A stretch of DNA of 64,000 nucleotides from Eledone cirrhosa (lineage: Eukaryota): NCBI GenBank assembly GCA_964016885.1, contig OZ024740.1, forward strand, positions 134,292,001 to 134,356,000. The letters run 5' to 3'. The position numbers and the translations under genes were made by a program. A model generated the notes under the pieces. It searched no databases, had not been told where the DNA came from, and was given only the letters and a program-made list of their open reading frames with translations. Every line of letters begins with the position of its first letter. Within the stretch, counting starts at the first letter, position 1. This document shows, in pieces, positions 25,669 through 36,626 of the stretch.

Positions 25669-28600
25669 GCGTGTGCGTGTGCGTGTGTGTGTGCGTGTGT
25701 GCGTGCGTGCGTGCGTGTGTGTGAAGTTCTAATCTAGTTTAATTGAATTGTTGCAAAAGTGAGATAAATCTAACACGCTTAACCATTCAATAAGTAGAGA
25801 TCGATAGCATGGGTACCTGTTGGGATTGATAAGTTACTCAAAGCCATTCAAGTGTTTGTGCACCTAGTATGGCCGCAGTCTAATACTTGAAATCAATACA
25901 ACTATTTTTTACTTGTGACATTTTTTTATTTGCTTAGAGATATTGGTTATTCACTTGAAACAATATCTTATTCATGGCGACTCTACAAAAACTGTAGAGC
26001 TCCGAGCTGCATAGTTTACAATACTTGCTTTCGTCCATATGCCTTATATATCTCATCTAGCGAAATCAGCTTTACTTTCGATGATTTAAATACTAATAAT
26101 ATATAAGTGTTGATTCAATTGACTGTGGCTCTTCTTCAATAAAAACAAACTGGCTCTGAGTGTTGATTGTTTTTTACTGTTTAGGCAGGGGGGGGGGAGG
26201 ATAATACCCATTACCCTTTTAAGGAGTGGAGAATGAGGAAAGGTGTCTTCAACATGGAGATCTAATCTGGATGTCTGCAAAAGAGTTGAGTCCGCTAAAA
26301 GCACCGAATAGCCATGTGGCTGTGTTAAAGTAAGTGTCGGATTCAATCTATTACCCACGTTTTTCACAGCGTATTAGAACTCAAAACACAAAATGTCGGA
26401 ATAAATATTACATCTCACGTCCAACGTTGTAGCGATTCCACTAATCTACTGCCCTGGATAGTACTTTAGTTTATCGACCCAGAAATGATGACAGGCAGGG
26501 TTGATTTCCTTGGGATTTGCACTCAAAGTGTAGTCAGTCGGGATAAGTACTGCGAGGTGTGTTAACCTTCACTTTAACGAATCTGCCAATTCACCGATTT
26601 TAGTTTAAAAGAAAATATGTTATCATGTAGTCTTTTATGGGGATGCATGGTGAAATCATGTAGGTAAATATATATTCATCTTAATGTTTTGGTCAATAGA
26701 GTCAGTAGTTAACATTTCTTCTTCAAAGAAAGAATCATTAACTCTATGGTCCACGCCAATGAGAGATTAGTGCATTTACTCTATTATAAATACTTTAAAA
26801 GTGCTAGAAAATGGTTTCGATTTGTAGCTAATGGCAATTCATATTTTCTTATACTGCTAATGTTCCTTTACAGTATACTATCTGCTCAATATTCAAAATT
26901 AGTGTTAATCAAAAGAAAATTGTATAATTTATGTGTAAAAGGCCAAGGGATATTTTAGTTTAACTACCACTTGGAAATGGTTAGCTGATCTTCTAGGAGT
27001 AACACCATAGCTAGACCTATGATCTATGCATAAGGAAGATTTATCTCTCTACTTAACGCCAAGTAACTGAAACTAAGCACCAATCCTTAAAAGTAACTCA
27101 GAATTTAATGACATTCCCAATTTTCCAATATATATATTTATGTAGACATAAGTCAATGAATGCTTAGATACCTAGAGTGTTCAGATATTGGCGTTTGTTC
27201 AATTCAAGGCTGTAAAATTTTAGTACAATTTATTTATTGTTTCACTTTTCTGAGTTCAAATGCAGCTGGTGTCTAATAAATTATGTGTCCGGTAAAAACA
27301 AAAATAAATAAATAAGCATTTAGCCTTGTATTTGATACAGGAATAAATGCTTATTTCAAAACTGTGACACGCTTTCAATTCTGTTAGTGTTCGTTTTGCA
27401 TTTCCTTTCTGCGAATTTAATAGAACAAATATCTGGACTTTTTTAATCGATAACACCCAATCTACTACAAAATCCTATCTTCTTTGTTATACAAGTACGA
27501 ACGTTTTTATTGTTACTCCTGCCAAACAAGACACCTAATTCTGACAATGTTCTTTCTAGCACATATAAATAGTGTTATCCCAAGCCTACTTCGACATCAA
27601 CACTCTCCACGATTTGTCTCTTTAAAGCGGAAGTTTCCAAATTGTGTATCATTGCACTTGAATTTATCACTGATAATCTCTAGATGTGTCGCAAAATTAT
27701 GTCAAGTCTGTTCAATTTTTGCAATTATTTCATTGCGAAATGTGCTTGGAATCTGACAACTTTTCGTATAATTTGATTCCTGACTGTTGACATGTGATAT
27801 AATATTTAATTGTTTATTTAATTCCCTGTGTCGTTTACAAAAGCTTAATGTGTTACGTATGTGTTATGTTTTGAAAGCTCTGTTGTAAAGGGAAACTATT
27901 CTATTTTGTCGAAACATGCAACAGCGTCTACTAATTTCAAATTGAACAATTTTTTGAGGCTGTCAAGTACTAGACTGTCACCTTTATTTCCAATGTCTCA
28001 ATGAGGATAAAGACACTCGCAAACGACTACTGAATTTATTATCTTCAGGCCTTTTTTCAGTTATCAACAATTTATATTCTGTAATACCAGTCCCCAAAAG
28101 ACCCGATTTCATGCGTTAATAATGGATGATCTTGTGTTGATGAAAGAAACGTTGTTGACTTTGATGTACTCTTCCAGAAATTCCTGGCAATTACTCGCCT
28201 GCGTGTTTTCATTTATCTCTTCTTCTTTTCCTATTAGAGCGATTCGTTACATCATGTGTCGATGCGCTCTTTCTGATTTATATATTCCAACTGCGGTGTG
28301 CTTTAATGTACAGTTATGATATCCACAGCTTTCTGTAGAATTTGAGATGCTGTATCCGCTTCCGTTATTGCGCCTAATTGCTGAGCTCTTTAGACTTGCT
28401 GTCGCTATTGTTATTGTTATTGTAAATATTATTGTTACTGTTGTTGGTGATGTTCTTGCCGCTTCTAATATCATCGTTGTTGTTGTTGCTGTTACCGCTC
28501 CTAATGTGGTTGTTACTGCCGATCTTAATGTTTTTGCCTTTATCACAGTCGTTATTCGTGGTGGTGGCGGTGGCTTAGGAGGAAGTGGCGCTGTTAAAGC

Positions 28601-28879
28601 TGTTGCCATTGCTGTTTAAATTGTTATCGTTTTTAAACATTTTCTTTGAAGCATTCTCACCAACGCTACAATGTGAAGCAATGTTAACGTTTGTTCTCTC
28701 TTTCTCCCTCTTTCTAACTCAAAGCAGCTCCCGCCAAACATCATAATTGTTGGAATAAAATCATATCTCTTCTTTTTTATTTGAAAACAAAATGAGTTTA
28801 AATACTTCAACACCCAAAATAGGTGAAAAATACCATAATTATCAAAAGCATTACGCAACTCCCAAGACCGTGTCTTTCT

Positions 28880-29250
28880 CCCGGTAGAACGTCGGACAAT
28901 GTGATTTGTGGTATAGAGTTACATCCCTTTTTGAATTCAAATCCTGCCGAGCTTAGCTTTGCCTTTCATCCTTACGGAGTCTGTAAAATAAGGTACCAGT
29001 AATGTACAGGGTTTGATTTAAACGACCTTACCCTCTTCCAAAATTGTTGGCCTTCTGCCTGTGGATTGGCAGTATCGGTAGAGGGTCGGAGGCCATGCTT
29101 TGACGTATAGAGTTACGGGCCTTGTCATTCTGAGTTCAAATCCCGCCGAGGTTAATTTTGCCTTACATCCTTACGGGGTCGATAAGATAAAGTACCAGTA
29201 ATACACTGAGTAATACTGGCCTTGTGCCAAAAGTAGAAACAATTATTATT
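28880..29250 (+). mobile_element. Two tandem SINE family 1 copies (junction ~29060)
   Basis: Core tttgcctt.catccttacgg occurs twice. An older long-subfamily copy is followed by a younger copy. Confidence 0.88.
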
Positions 29251-29269
29251 GCTCTTGTTCTTATTGATA

Positions 29270-29500
29270 TTATTATTTCGGCCACTAGGGCCGAAACATA
29301 AAGGACATTACAAAAGCTGGGGCAGTTGGGTTTTACATAAAACGTGTAAAAAAAGAAGATAACAGGAAACAATTAAAAATATATTAATAGCAATAACATT
29401 TCCCAATCATGGTTGTACCACCCAGGGGTAATTTAGGAACCACCATAGATCTTAAACCACCCTAATCTCTAAGATTACCATCAGTTGGTGTCCCTCTCCT
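29270..29500 (-). mobile_element. Tx1-like LINE 3' UTR fragment
   Basis: tgtaaaacccaactgccccagc..tgtcctttatgtttcggccc..aataat resembles 12690-12760. Confidence 0.55.
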
Positions 29501-29507
29501 CTCTAAA

Positions 29508-30058
29508 ATGGGACAGGGAGAAGAAAACATGCACAGTAGTGGAAATTAGCTGCCCAGCAGATGACAATATAATATCAAAGATTAACGAAAAGGAGAATAT
29601 TTATGCAGAACTGATGAGAAATCTGCAGATACTCCACCCTGATTACACCTTCAGATTTATGCCTGTGATTATTGGAGCACTGGGGTATGTTAGTAACTGC
29701 CTCAATACAAATCTTGAGAAGCTAGGCTTCACAGGGACAGAAAGAACACAACTAGTTAGGAAACTACAAGTACAATCCATTAATGGAACAGTAAAAATAT
29801 GTAAAACATTCCAAAAATGTTGCATCTAATAACTGCATATACACATGTACAGATACAAAGCATATACACATGCACACATACAACTCAAAACATACACATC
29901 CACACATACAATAACATCCATATCTACACATGCAGACATGCAGACATAATCTACCTAGTTGATGTTGTGTAAATTCCAATGAGAGAGTCTTGTGTCTATG
30001 TTAGAAACCGACTCTCTCTCTATTGGTAAAACTTTGTGAAATTATAAAACCAGAAGAA
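29508..30058 (+). mobile_element. 5'-truncated RLE-bearing (R4-like) non-LTR element ending at (CATA)n
   Basis: WDREKKTCTVVEISCPADDNIISKINEKENIYAELMRNLQ..FMPVIIGALG (PD-D/ExK endonuclease C-terminus), stop at 29829, 3' UTR, then (TACA)n. Confidence 0.8.
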
Positions 30059-30246
30059 CATACATACATACAAACATACATACATACATACATACATACA
30101 TACATACATACATACATACATACATGCATACATGCATACATACATACATACATACATACATACATACATACATACATACATACATACATACATACTCGAA
30201 ATTAAGAGAAAGAGAAAACATACATACATACATACATACATACATA
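30058..30246. repeat. (CATA)n microsatellite containing a ~25-bp retroelement 3' stub
   Basis: The stub atactcgaaattaagagaaagagaaaac at ~30192-30219 is identical to 30819-30846. Confidence 0.9.
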
Positions 30247-30846
30247 GAAAGAATGTCATCTCGCTACTACCTCCCATGAGACACGATGGGATAGCTAGAA
30301 CCATCTGGAACGCACTTTGGAAAACAAAATTAACAACAAACGAGGAAGAATATATTGAGACAGATGGCACTAAGGAATACTGGTGGAACCTGAAAATAAA
30401 AACTGCCACCAAATTAAAGCACAACCTGCCTGATATTGTAGTTTGGGACCACACATTGAAAACGTGTTCTGTTGTGGAGATCAGCTGCCCACTTGATGTA
30501 AACGTTGTCAGAAAAATACAGGAGAAGGAGGACATCTACGGACCATTGATGAGGAGTTTACAAATCCAGTATCCAAGATACACCTTTAGCTTCATACCCA
30601 TCATTATTGGTGCTACGGGTTATATACCAACCCGCTTGGACCAAAGTATGACTGAACTTGGATTTGCGGACAAAAAGCGCAGCTCCCTAATTCATAGTCT
30701 ACAAATGGCTGCGATAGCTGGCACCTTCAAAATTTGCAAAACATTCTTGCGATTCAAGGGATGACAATTTCTTTTCTTTTACAACCTTGCCACCAGGAAG
30801 GTGGCCGGTCAAAAAAATATACTCGAAATTAAGAGAAAGAGAAAAC
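30247..30846 (+). mobile_element. Second 5'-truncated RLE-bearing (R4-like) element within (CATA)n
   Basis: RHDGIARTIW..WWN..KHNLPDIVVWD..VEISCPLDVNV..EKEDIY..IPIIIGATG is open to 30764. Flanked by CATA repeats. Confidence 0.85.
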
Positions 30847-32117
30847 ATACATACATACATACGCCCACATACAAGTATTCGCGCAAGTATCTATATTTTT
30901 CTGGAAACCATATATTGAGCTTTGTCATCTTTACAATTATACATATATGATTTACATTATACACATATATGATTATACACATATGTGATTTACATTGCAC
31001 AAAAGAGTAATATCAGAATACGCACATGTATAACTTTGCAGCTCTCATCTTATAACATATTAAAGTAAGTGTGCACACAGACATGCATGTATGTGCGTAC
31101 GTATATGTATATAGGTTCATACAGATGTGGGTGCTCTTGAACCATCGCAAGCATATTAATATCTACTCAGCGCATCTTTTACTGACTAGCCTGAATTGAA
31201 TTATGGCTTCTCACCTCGCTAACCATGCCTGTTACAAGTAACCATCTCTTAGATTGCACAATCTCCCTTCTACCCTATTCACCTTTATTCACTTAGATTA
31301 AATGCACCGGAATCTACATGTAGTTCTGCACATCTCTACCACACTCAACAACCTGTAAACCCTGTACCATTCGGAAGAATATCATCAAGTAAGTTATACA
31401 TAAATGCAAAGTTTCACTTTACAGAAGAACATCAGGATATGTAAGAATGTACACGAATACGCACTCGTATACTGTCATAACTTCCACATAACATATTCAA
31501 TTAAATATTTGTACAAATGTGGATGACTGCGTGACCTTGTGTGTGTAATGTGATCGATACATGTGTATATATGCGCTACTTAAATTGTATATGCATAAAA
31601 ATAGATGTGTTATATATATTTTATCTATATATATATATTTATTTGCGTACGACAATGCATTTGTTTTTATACCATCGCTATTCTACAATCTGTAAACACG
31701 CATTTATGAATAACCATGTTTATAAACGTTTAGTAGTCTCATTCTGCTTTCATCTCATTTTTCTTTCCTCGTGCCCTAACATGTCTAACCCCTGTTAACA
31801 ACCCCTTTCCTTCCCGTGCTATTACAAACCTAGTTGTTCATACCTTGTAACTGTTTGCACCACTCTACATCATATAGGTATACTTCTCTCCGGATTATGT
31901 CTATTCCATGCCTATATTATTTAAATATTTATCTTTGCGTTTGTATATTCAAATTTTATTTTATATATTTCATATTATATTTCTTGCAATGCATTTAAGT
32001 ATTTATAAATATTTATTCTTATTCTTAGTTCTATGTGTGTATTGTTATATAATTGAGTGGTTGTGTGTATATTTGTGTGTGTATGTCGTTAAAATGTATC
32101 TCGTTTGAGTGTATAAG

Positions 32118-32153
<36 letters not shown>

Positions 32154-32589
32154 TGTGTGTGTGTGTGTGTATTTATTTTTAAGTGTATATGAACTCGCCT
32201 GTAGGCATATGCATATGATTGCATTTATGTATATATTATTAGATAGATAGATAGGTGCGTGTATGTATTTGTGTGTACTTGATTAGGTACGTGTGCATGC
32301 GTTTATCCACATACGTAAATGTGTATAAATATTCATTTTTCATTTCTTTGGGGTTTTTTTTATTTCAATAAGTTTCTTTCTACCTTTATGCTTTGGGTAC
32401 GTGTGTGCACGTGATGTATGTGTGCCTCTGTGTACGTATGTGTATGTATGGTCTCGTAACTCCTGATAGAGTAGTAGGGGGTGCCGAATTGAAATACGAG
32501 CCCATCCTCTCCAGGCCTGAGTACAGCAGATTTCTTTCAGAGAACGCTAGAAAATGAGAAAGATATATAGAGGAAGAATCGACCCTAGT

Positions 32590-32735
32590 ACTAGACTGGT
32601 ACATTTTTATCAACCTCTGAAGTTTGAAAGGTAAAGTTGATCTCGACGGGATTTGAACTCAAAGAGCAGAGAGCCGGAATAAATACCGTAAAGCATTCTA
32701 TTCGACGTTCTAACGACTCTGCCAATTCGCCGCCT
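32590..32735 (-). mobile_element. Diverged SINE related to family 1
   Basis: ggcggcgaattggcagagtcgttagaacg..gagttcaaatcccgtcgagatcaactttacctttca. Confidence 0.75.
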
Positions 32736-32979
32736 ACGTATGAGTAGATATATTAGTACATGTAGATATATTAGTACATCCCATACATTCCATTATAAGT
32801 ACACCCATTATATTATACCGGTGAATGTGAAAGTCTATGTAATATAATCACGTGACATTAACTATGAATAGAAAATAAGAATTCAGCATATCTCTACCAT
32901 AGAACATGTCACTGGAAGTATTTGAAGTATATTTTCTTAACATAACCAGAAAGGTATAATGTAAATTCTATTCTAATGA

Positions 32980-33480
32980 CTTTTAAAATACGTTGCATAA
33001 AGATCTGAAGCACTTCAGTAACTCTAGAACAATATATATCACCTGTAACAAAACAAAAGAAAATTCATGAGGTCGATAAACGCACGTATACAAGATTTCC
33101 CTCCAACAACAGCACAAAACAATATAAGAAAACGTACCTCAACCACACAGAAATTAATTACCAAATTACCGAACGATTTAACCTACGCCTACAAAACAGA
33201 AGATAGAGTAGAATATCTGACAAGCCTTCAATCTTACATTACATTAAGTGTCCATCGAGGGAGATATGATCAGTTTAAAATGTACTAGTTTCGAATGACA
33301 ATAGTATTATGCGAGCCACTAGCCATACTCTTTTTAAATAATAAGATTACTGTCATAAATTTGATCAGCAACTTACTTGAAAAACTTAAACACCACTTTA
33401 CAGTTTGGCATGCTGAATTCTATCCGTCAATAACCAAGCTTCTTTTGTAAAAAGCGTTGGTTTAAAACCTACATCGCTGT
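32980..33480 (+). pseudogene. Decayed Penelope-like (Nematis-like) RT N-terminal fragment
   Basis: Frameshifted motifs ITCNKT..VDKRTYTRFPSNNSTKQYKK, EDRVEYLTSLQSYITLSVHR and QF..AEFYPSITKLLL*KAL resemble the PLE consensus ADKT..NITKxYKK / AFITLKDHK / QFDIxEFYPSI. Confidence 0.65.
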
Positions 33481-33556
33481 ACATATATTTAAATATGATA
33501 CCAAACGCATGTTTGAAAAGTGCATTAGGCACGAACCCTTGAGTCTTATATATATA

Positions 33557-33630
<74 letters not shown>

Positions 33631-33633
<3 letters not shown>

Positions 33634-33819
33634 CGGAGGAAATGTGGTAAGGAACCAGGTGGACCATAACGCACCAAAGTACTCAATACTTAGGGTAGTA
33701 GAGTGGGTAATAGGAACGAGTAGGACCCCGACGGCTGAGCTCAAGCCGTTTCGACGGCTAATTATGGACTGATTAGCCGTCGAAACGGCTTGAGCTCAGC
33801 CGTCGGGGTCCTACTCGTT

Positions 33820-33824
<5 letters not shown>
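33631..33824 (-). mobile_element. TA-flanked fold-back mini-element, copy B
   Basis: 53-bp perfect arms (33710-33762 / 33772-33824) with a 9-nt loop, ~80 bp tail, (TA)n on both sides. Confidence 0.85.
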
Positions 33825-33867
<43 letters not shown>

Positions 33868-33910
33868 GAGAAAACACAGGTAAGCATTAAGAGAAGGATT
33901 TTTATCCAGG

Positions 33911-34012
33911 TATTTACGACCGTTTCATTGGTAAGTGCAACCTTATATTGCTATACTGCAAATAGCAGCCACTCAATTATACTTGTTGTTCACAGTCCAA
34001 ATTTTCAAAATA
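33911..34012 (-). ncRNA. Type I hammerhead ribozyme (U3-A8 variant), inverted twin of 34853-34954
   Basis: Near-identical reverse-complement copy in the other pLTR arm, with the same core, GAAA and stems. Confidence 0.7.
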
Positions 34013-34852
34013 GTGAGTAAGTTACTCTTGAAATAGTTCTTAATATATAGAGAAAAACATTTATTTGGAATTGTATTTACTAGTATAGAGAGAGGAATTA
34101 GAAGGTGAGGGGACAAACGGAATAGTATAGAGAGAGAGGAAGGGGGAAGAGTTAGGAAGTAGAGTGACAAACTGAGATGGAGGGGGGGGTAGAGGTGGAA
34201 GGATTCCTTGATCAGTTTTGATATATAGACTTCATGTCGTAGAATGTAGTGAGTTAAAAAGAATTAAATTGATCATAATGGGAGGGATGGATAGAGAGAG
34301 AGAGAGGGGGGAGATATAAAGAGATAAATATATATATAAAAAATAAAGATAAAGATAATAATGACAAAAATAAAAGCAAAGAGGGGGGGAGAAAGAAGAA
34401 AAGAAAAGATAGCCAAAAAGGGGAGGGAAGGAAGGAAGAAAACGAAGAAATAGAAGAGGAATGAAGGAGAATGGAGGGATATAGGTATTGGTTTTTGTGG
34501 GTAATTAAAAGGGTTTAGATACAACAAGAGGGTATAAAGTCTAAGTATATACAGTTTGTCAGGTTAAGGGTTCGATTTGCACTTGTAGTGCGAAAACTTC
34601 TCTTTGAGTCTATGGTTACAATAAATTGATCTTTCGATTTTATTGTTGAGTAACTTATTCTTCGAACTCAAAATGTGGAACAGCTCAAGGTTACATAATC
34701 GACAGCTTCTCATACGACTCCGATATGGGGCGCGTTCGATAATTTTTTTCACTTCAGGATGTATTGGCGGTTACTTTCCTTCAGTTGCCAGGTCTTGTTT
34801 GCAAGAGTAGTTACATATATATTAACAACTATTTCAAAAGTAACTTACTCAC

Positions 34853-34954
34853 TATTTTGAAAATTTGGACTGTGAACAACAATTATAATTGAGTGGCTGC
34901 TATTTGCAGTATAGCAATATAAGGTTGCACATACCAATGAAACGGTCGTAAATA
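34853..34954 (+). ncRNA. Type I hammerhead ribozyme (U3-A8 core variant) in PLE pLTR
   Basis: Stem I TATT/AATA, core TTGAAAA (34857-34863), long stem II opened by TTGG/CCAA, GAAA at 34939, short near-palindromic stem III ACGGTCGT, predicted cleavage after GTA (34950). The first stem II pair is a T-T mismatch. Confidence 0.7.
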
Positions 34955-35169
34955 CCTGGATAAAATCCTTCTCTTAATGCTTACCTGTGTTTTCTCTTTT
35001 ATATTTTATACTTTATACTCCAAGATTGAACGGAATTCTTACAAACTTGTGGAGTTACCCCTAACCGTACATTGAAACCATCCAGGAAACTGGCTTTCTT
35101 AACCACGAACTGGATCGCAATAAGCAATTTTCTGCTTCCCTAACTATATATATATATATATATATAATA

Positions 35170-35379
35170 TAACGAAGGAAATGTGGTAAGGAACCAGGTG
35201 GACCATAATGCACCAAAGTACTCAATACTTAGGGTATTAGAGTGGGTAATAGGAACGAGTAGGACCCCGACGACTGAGCTCAAGCCGTTTCGACGGCTAA
35301 TTCTGGACTAAAATTTTTAGTCCAGAATTAGCCGTCGAAACGGCTTGAGCTCAGCCGTCGGGGTCCTACACGTTCCTAT
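35170..35379 (-). mobile_element. TA-flanked fold-back mini-element, copy C
   Basis: About 65-bp arms centred on 35314 (2 mismatches), tail almost identical to copy B, (TA)n on both sides. Confidence 0.85.
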
Positions 35380-35385
35380 ATATAT

Positions 35386-35466
<81 letters not shown>

Positions 35467-35470
<4 letters not shown>

Positions 35471-36610
35471 AATGAATAATAACAGGTAGACATCATAAAA
35501 AGGTAATTTATTCCGTGTGCTTAGAATTGTTTCTACGGTGGTACTGCAGCCTAGTTACGCTACGTGCAAATTCACAAGTACTTGCAGAACTCGAATATCC
35601 AATGCTGTGACCACTGTTTCCTCAGAGCAGAATGGTAAATGTACAATGTAAATACCCTTAAGTGGGGTTGTTGGGGAAGATAGAGTAGAAAAGGAAGAGA
35701 GAAAGGTAGGGAAGAGGGAGAGAAAAAGAAAGATATGCAGGGGTTGGAGAAGTAGGAGAGAGTGGCTTGTAGATATCTTAATCAAAATGTTATGGTAGGG
35801 GTTTTATTATACTGGTTACTTTTGGAGAGATGCGTTGATAGTTAAGGTCGGAATTATTTATTTCCCCAGAGGGCAGGTTCATAGATGTTGAGAGGGAGGT
35901 AGGTCAAAGGTGAGAGAGAGAGAGTGTAATGGATGTAGAGAGAGATAGGTAGAGAGGGGACAGACAAAGTATGTGTGATGTGTGAACTTTGGGTTTGTAG
36001 TAGTAATCTAGGAATTGCACTGAGTTACCATGTATAGTGATAAGCAGTGTATTGTCTTGTAGTGTGGGGGGAAGAGAAGGTTGTTAGCTAGAAAGTGGTG
36101 TTATAGTTACGGGTTCGAATGTTAAGTTATTTTATTGTGAGAGAATTTAGCTTTTAGTTTGTGGTTGCAGTATAATGATCGTTCAATTCTATCGTTAAGT
36201 AGTTTGTTTTTGGATTTTAATATGTAAAATAGCTCAAGGTTACATAATCTGAAGTACTTCAATCCACTCCGATATGCACTTGCGCTGGAAAGTATATCCC
36301 ATTTTAAGGTGAACTGTTGGTTGTGTTCATGGAGTTGCCAGATCTTGTTGGCGAGCGTGGTCACAAAACGGTGATTCGGATGTTTGATTGAGAATCGATG
36401 ACGGTACCAGCGAGATTTAAACGATGTGGTGGTAGATCCGATATAATACCATTTCTGGTCGTTCGATTCAACCGTGCATTGGTAAACAATGTTGGACTTT
36501 AGGCATTCATTCTTCAATGGACATCTTTCAGGTAGATGGCAGTTACATTCTTTGTTGTGGGTAGCGGGTATACCATGGATAGGTTGTGATAGCGGTACCT
36601 ATCCTATACC
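35467..36610 (-). mobile_element. 5'-truncated Penelope-like element (Nematis-like endonuclease), GIY-YIG remnant at 36122-36598 plus 3' UTR/pLTR
   Basis: Minus-strand translation CNCHLPERCPLKNECLKSNIVYQCTV..YYIGSTTTSFKSRWYRH..TTLANKIWQL..LCNLELFYIL..LLNDRIE..CNHK. Flanked by TA runs on both sides. Clade name is tentative. Confidence 0.88.
35510..35633 (-). ncRNA. Type I hammerhead ribozyme (canonical CUGAGGA core), slightly decayed
   Basis: Minus strand reads TGCT-CTGAGGA-aACAGTGGT...ACCACCGTa-GAAACAATTCTA-AGCA. Stem I is TGCT/AGCA. Stem III is one substitution from the palindrome ACAATTGT. Confidence 0.68.
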
Positions 36611-36626
36611 TAATATATATATATAC

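Larger units (their letters stand above)
33857..35143 (-). mobile_element. 5'-truncated Penelope-like element (Nematis-like) with inverted pseudo-LTR
   Basis: Endonuclease C-terminus at 34564-34812 (VTTLANKTWQLK..CRLCNLELFHIL..LLNNKIE..CNHR, one stop/frameshift). About 190 bp at 33857-34048 is repeated inverted at ~34816-35008, followed by a ~135 bp extension. (TA)n on both sides. Confidence 0.88.

Noticed and set aside
28247-28619. Thr/Ala/Pro-rich mucin-like ORF and hydrophobic antisense ORF
   Set aside because: Decayed (GTT/GCT/GGT)n trinucleotide repeat.
33768-33804. CTGATTA-GCCGTC-GAAA as a complete mini-hammerhead at the copy B junction
   Set aside because: Position 8 is U rather than G and no stem II can form. 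It is an artefact of the inversion junction.
36489-36626. N-terminus of the 574-aa ORF
   Set aside because: Antisense of the adjacent endonuclease plus a TA run, not a genuine PLE N-terminus.
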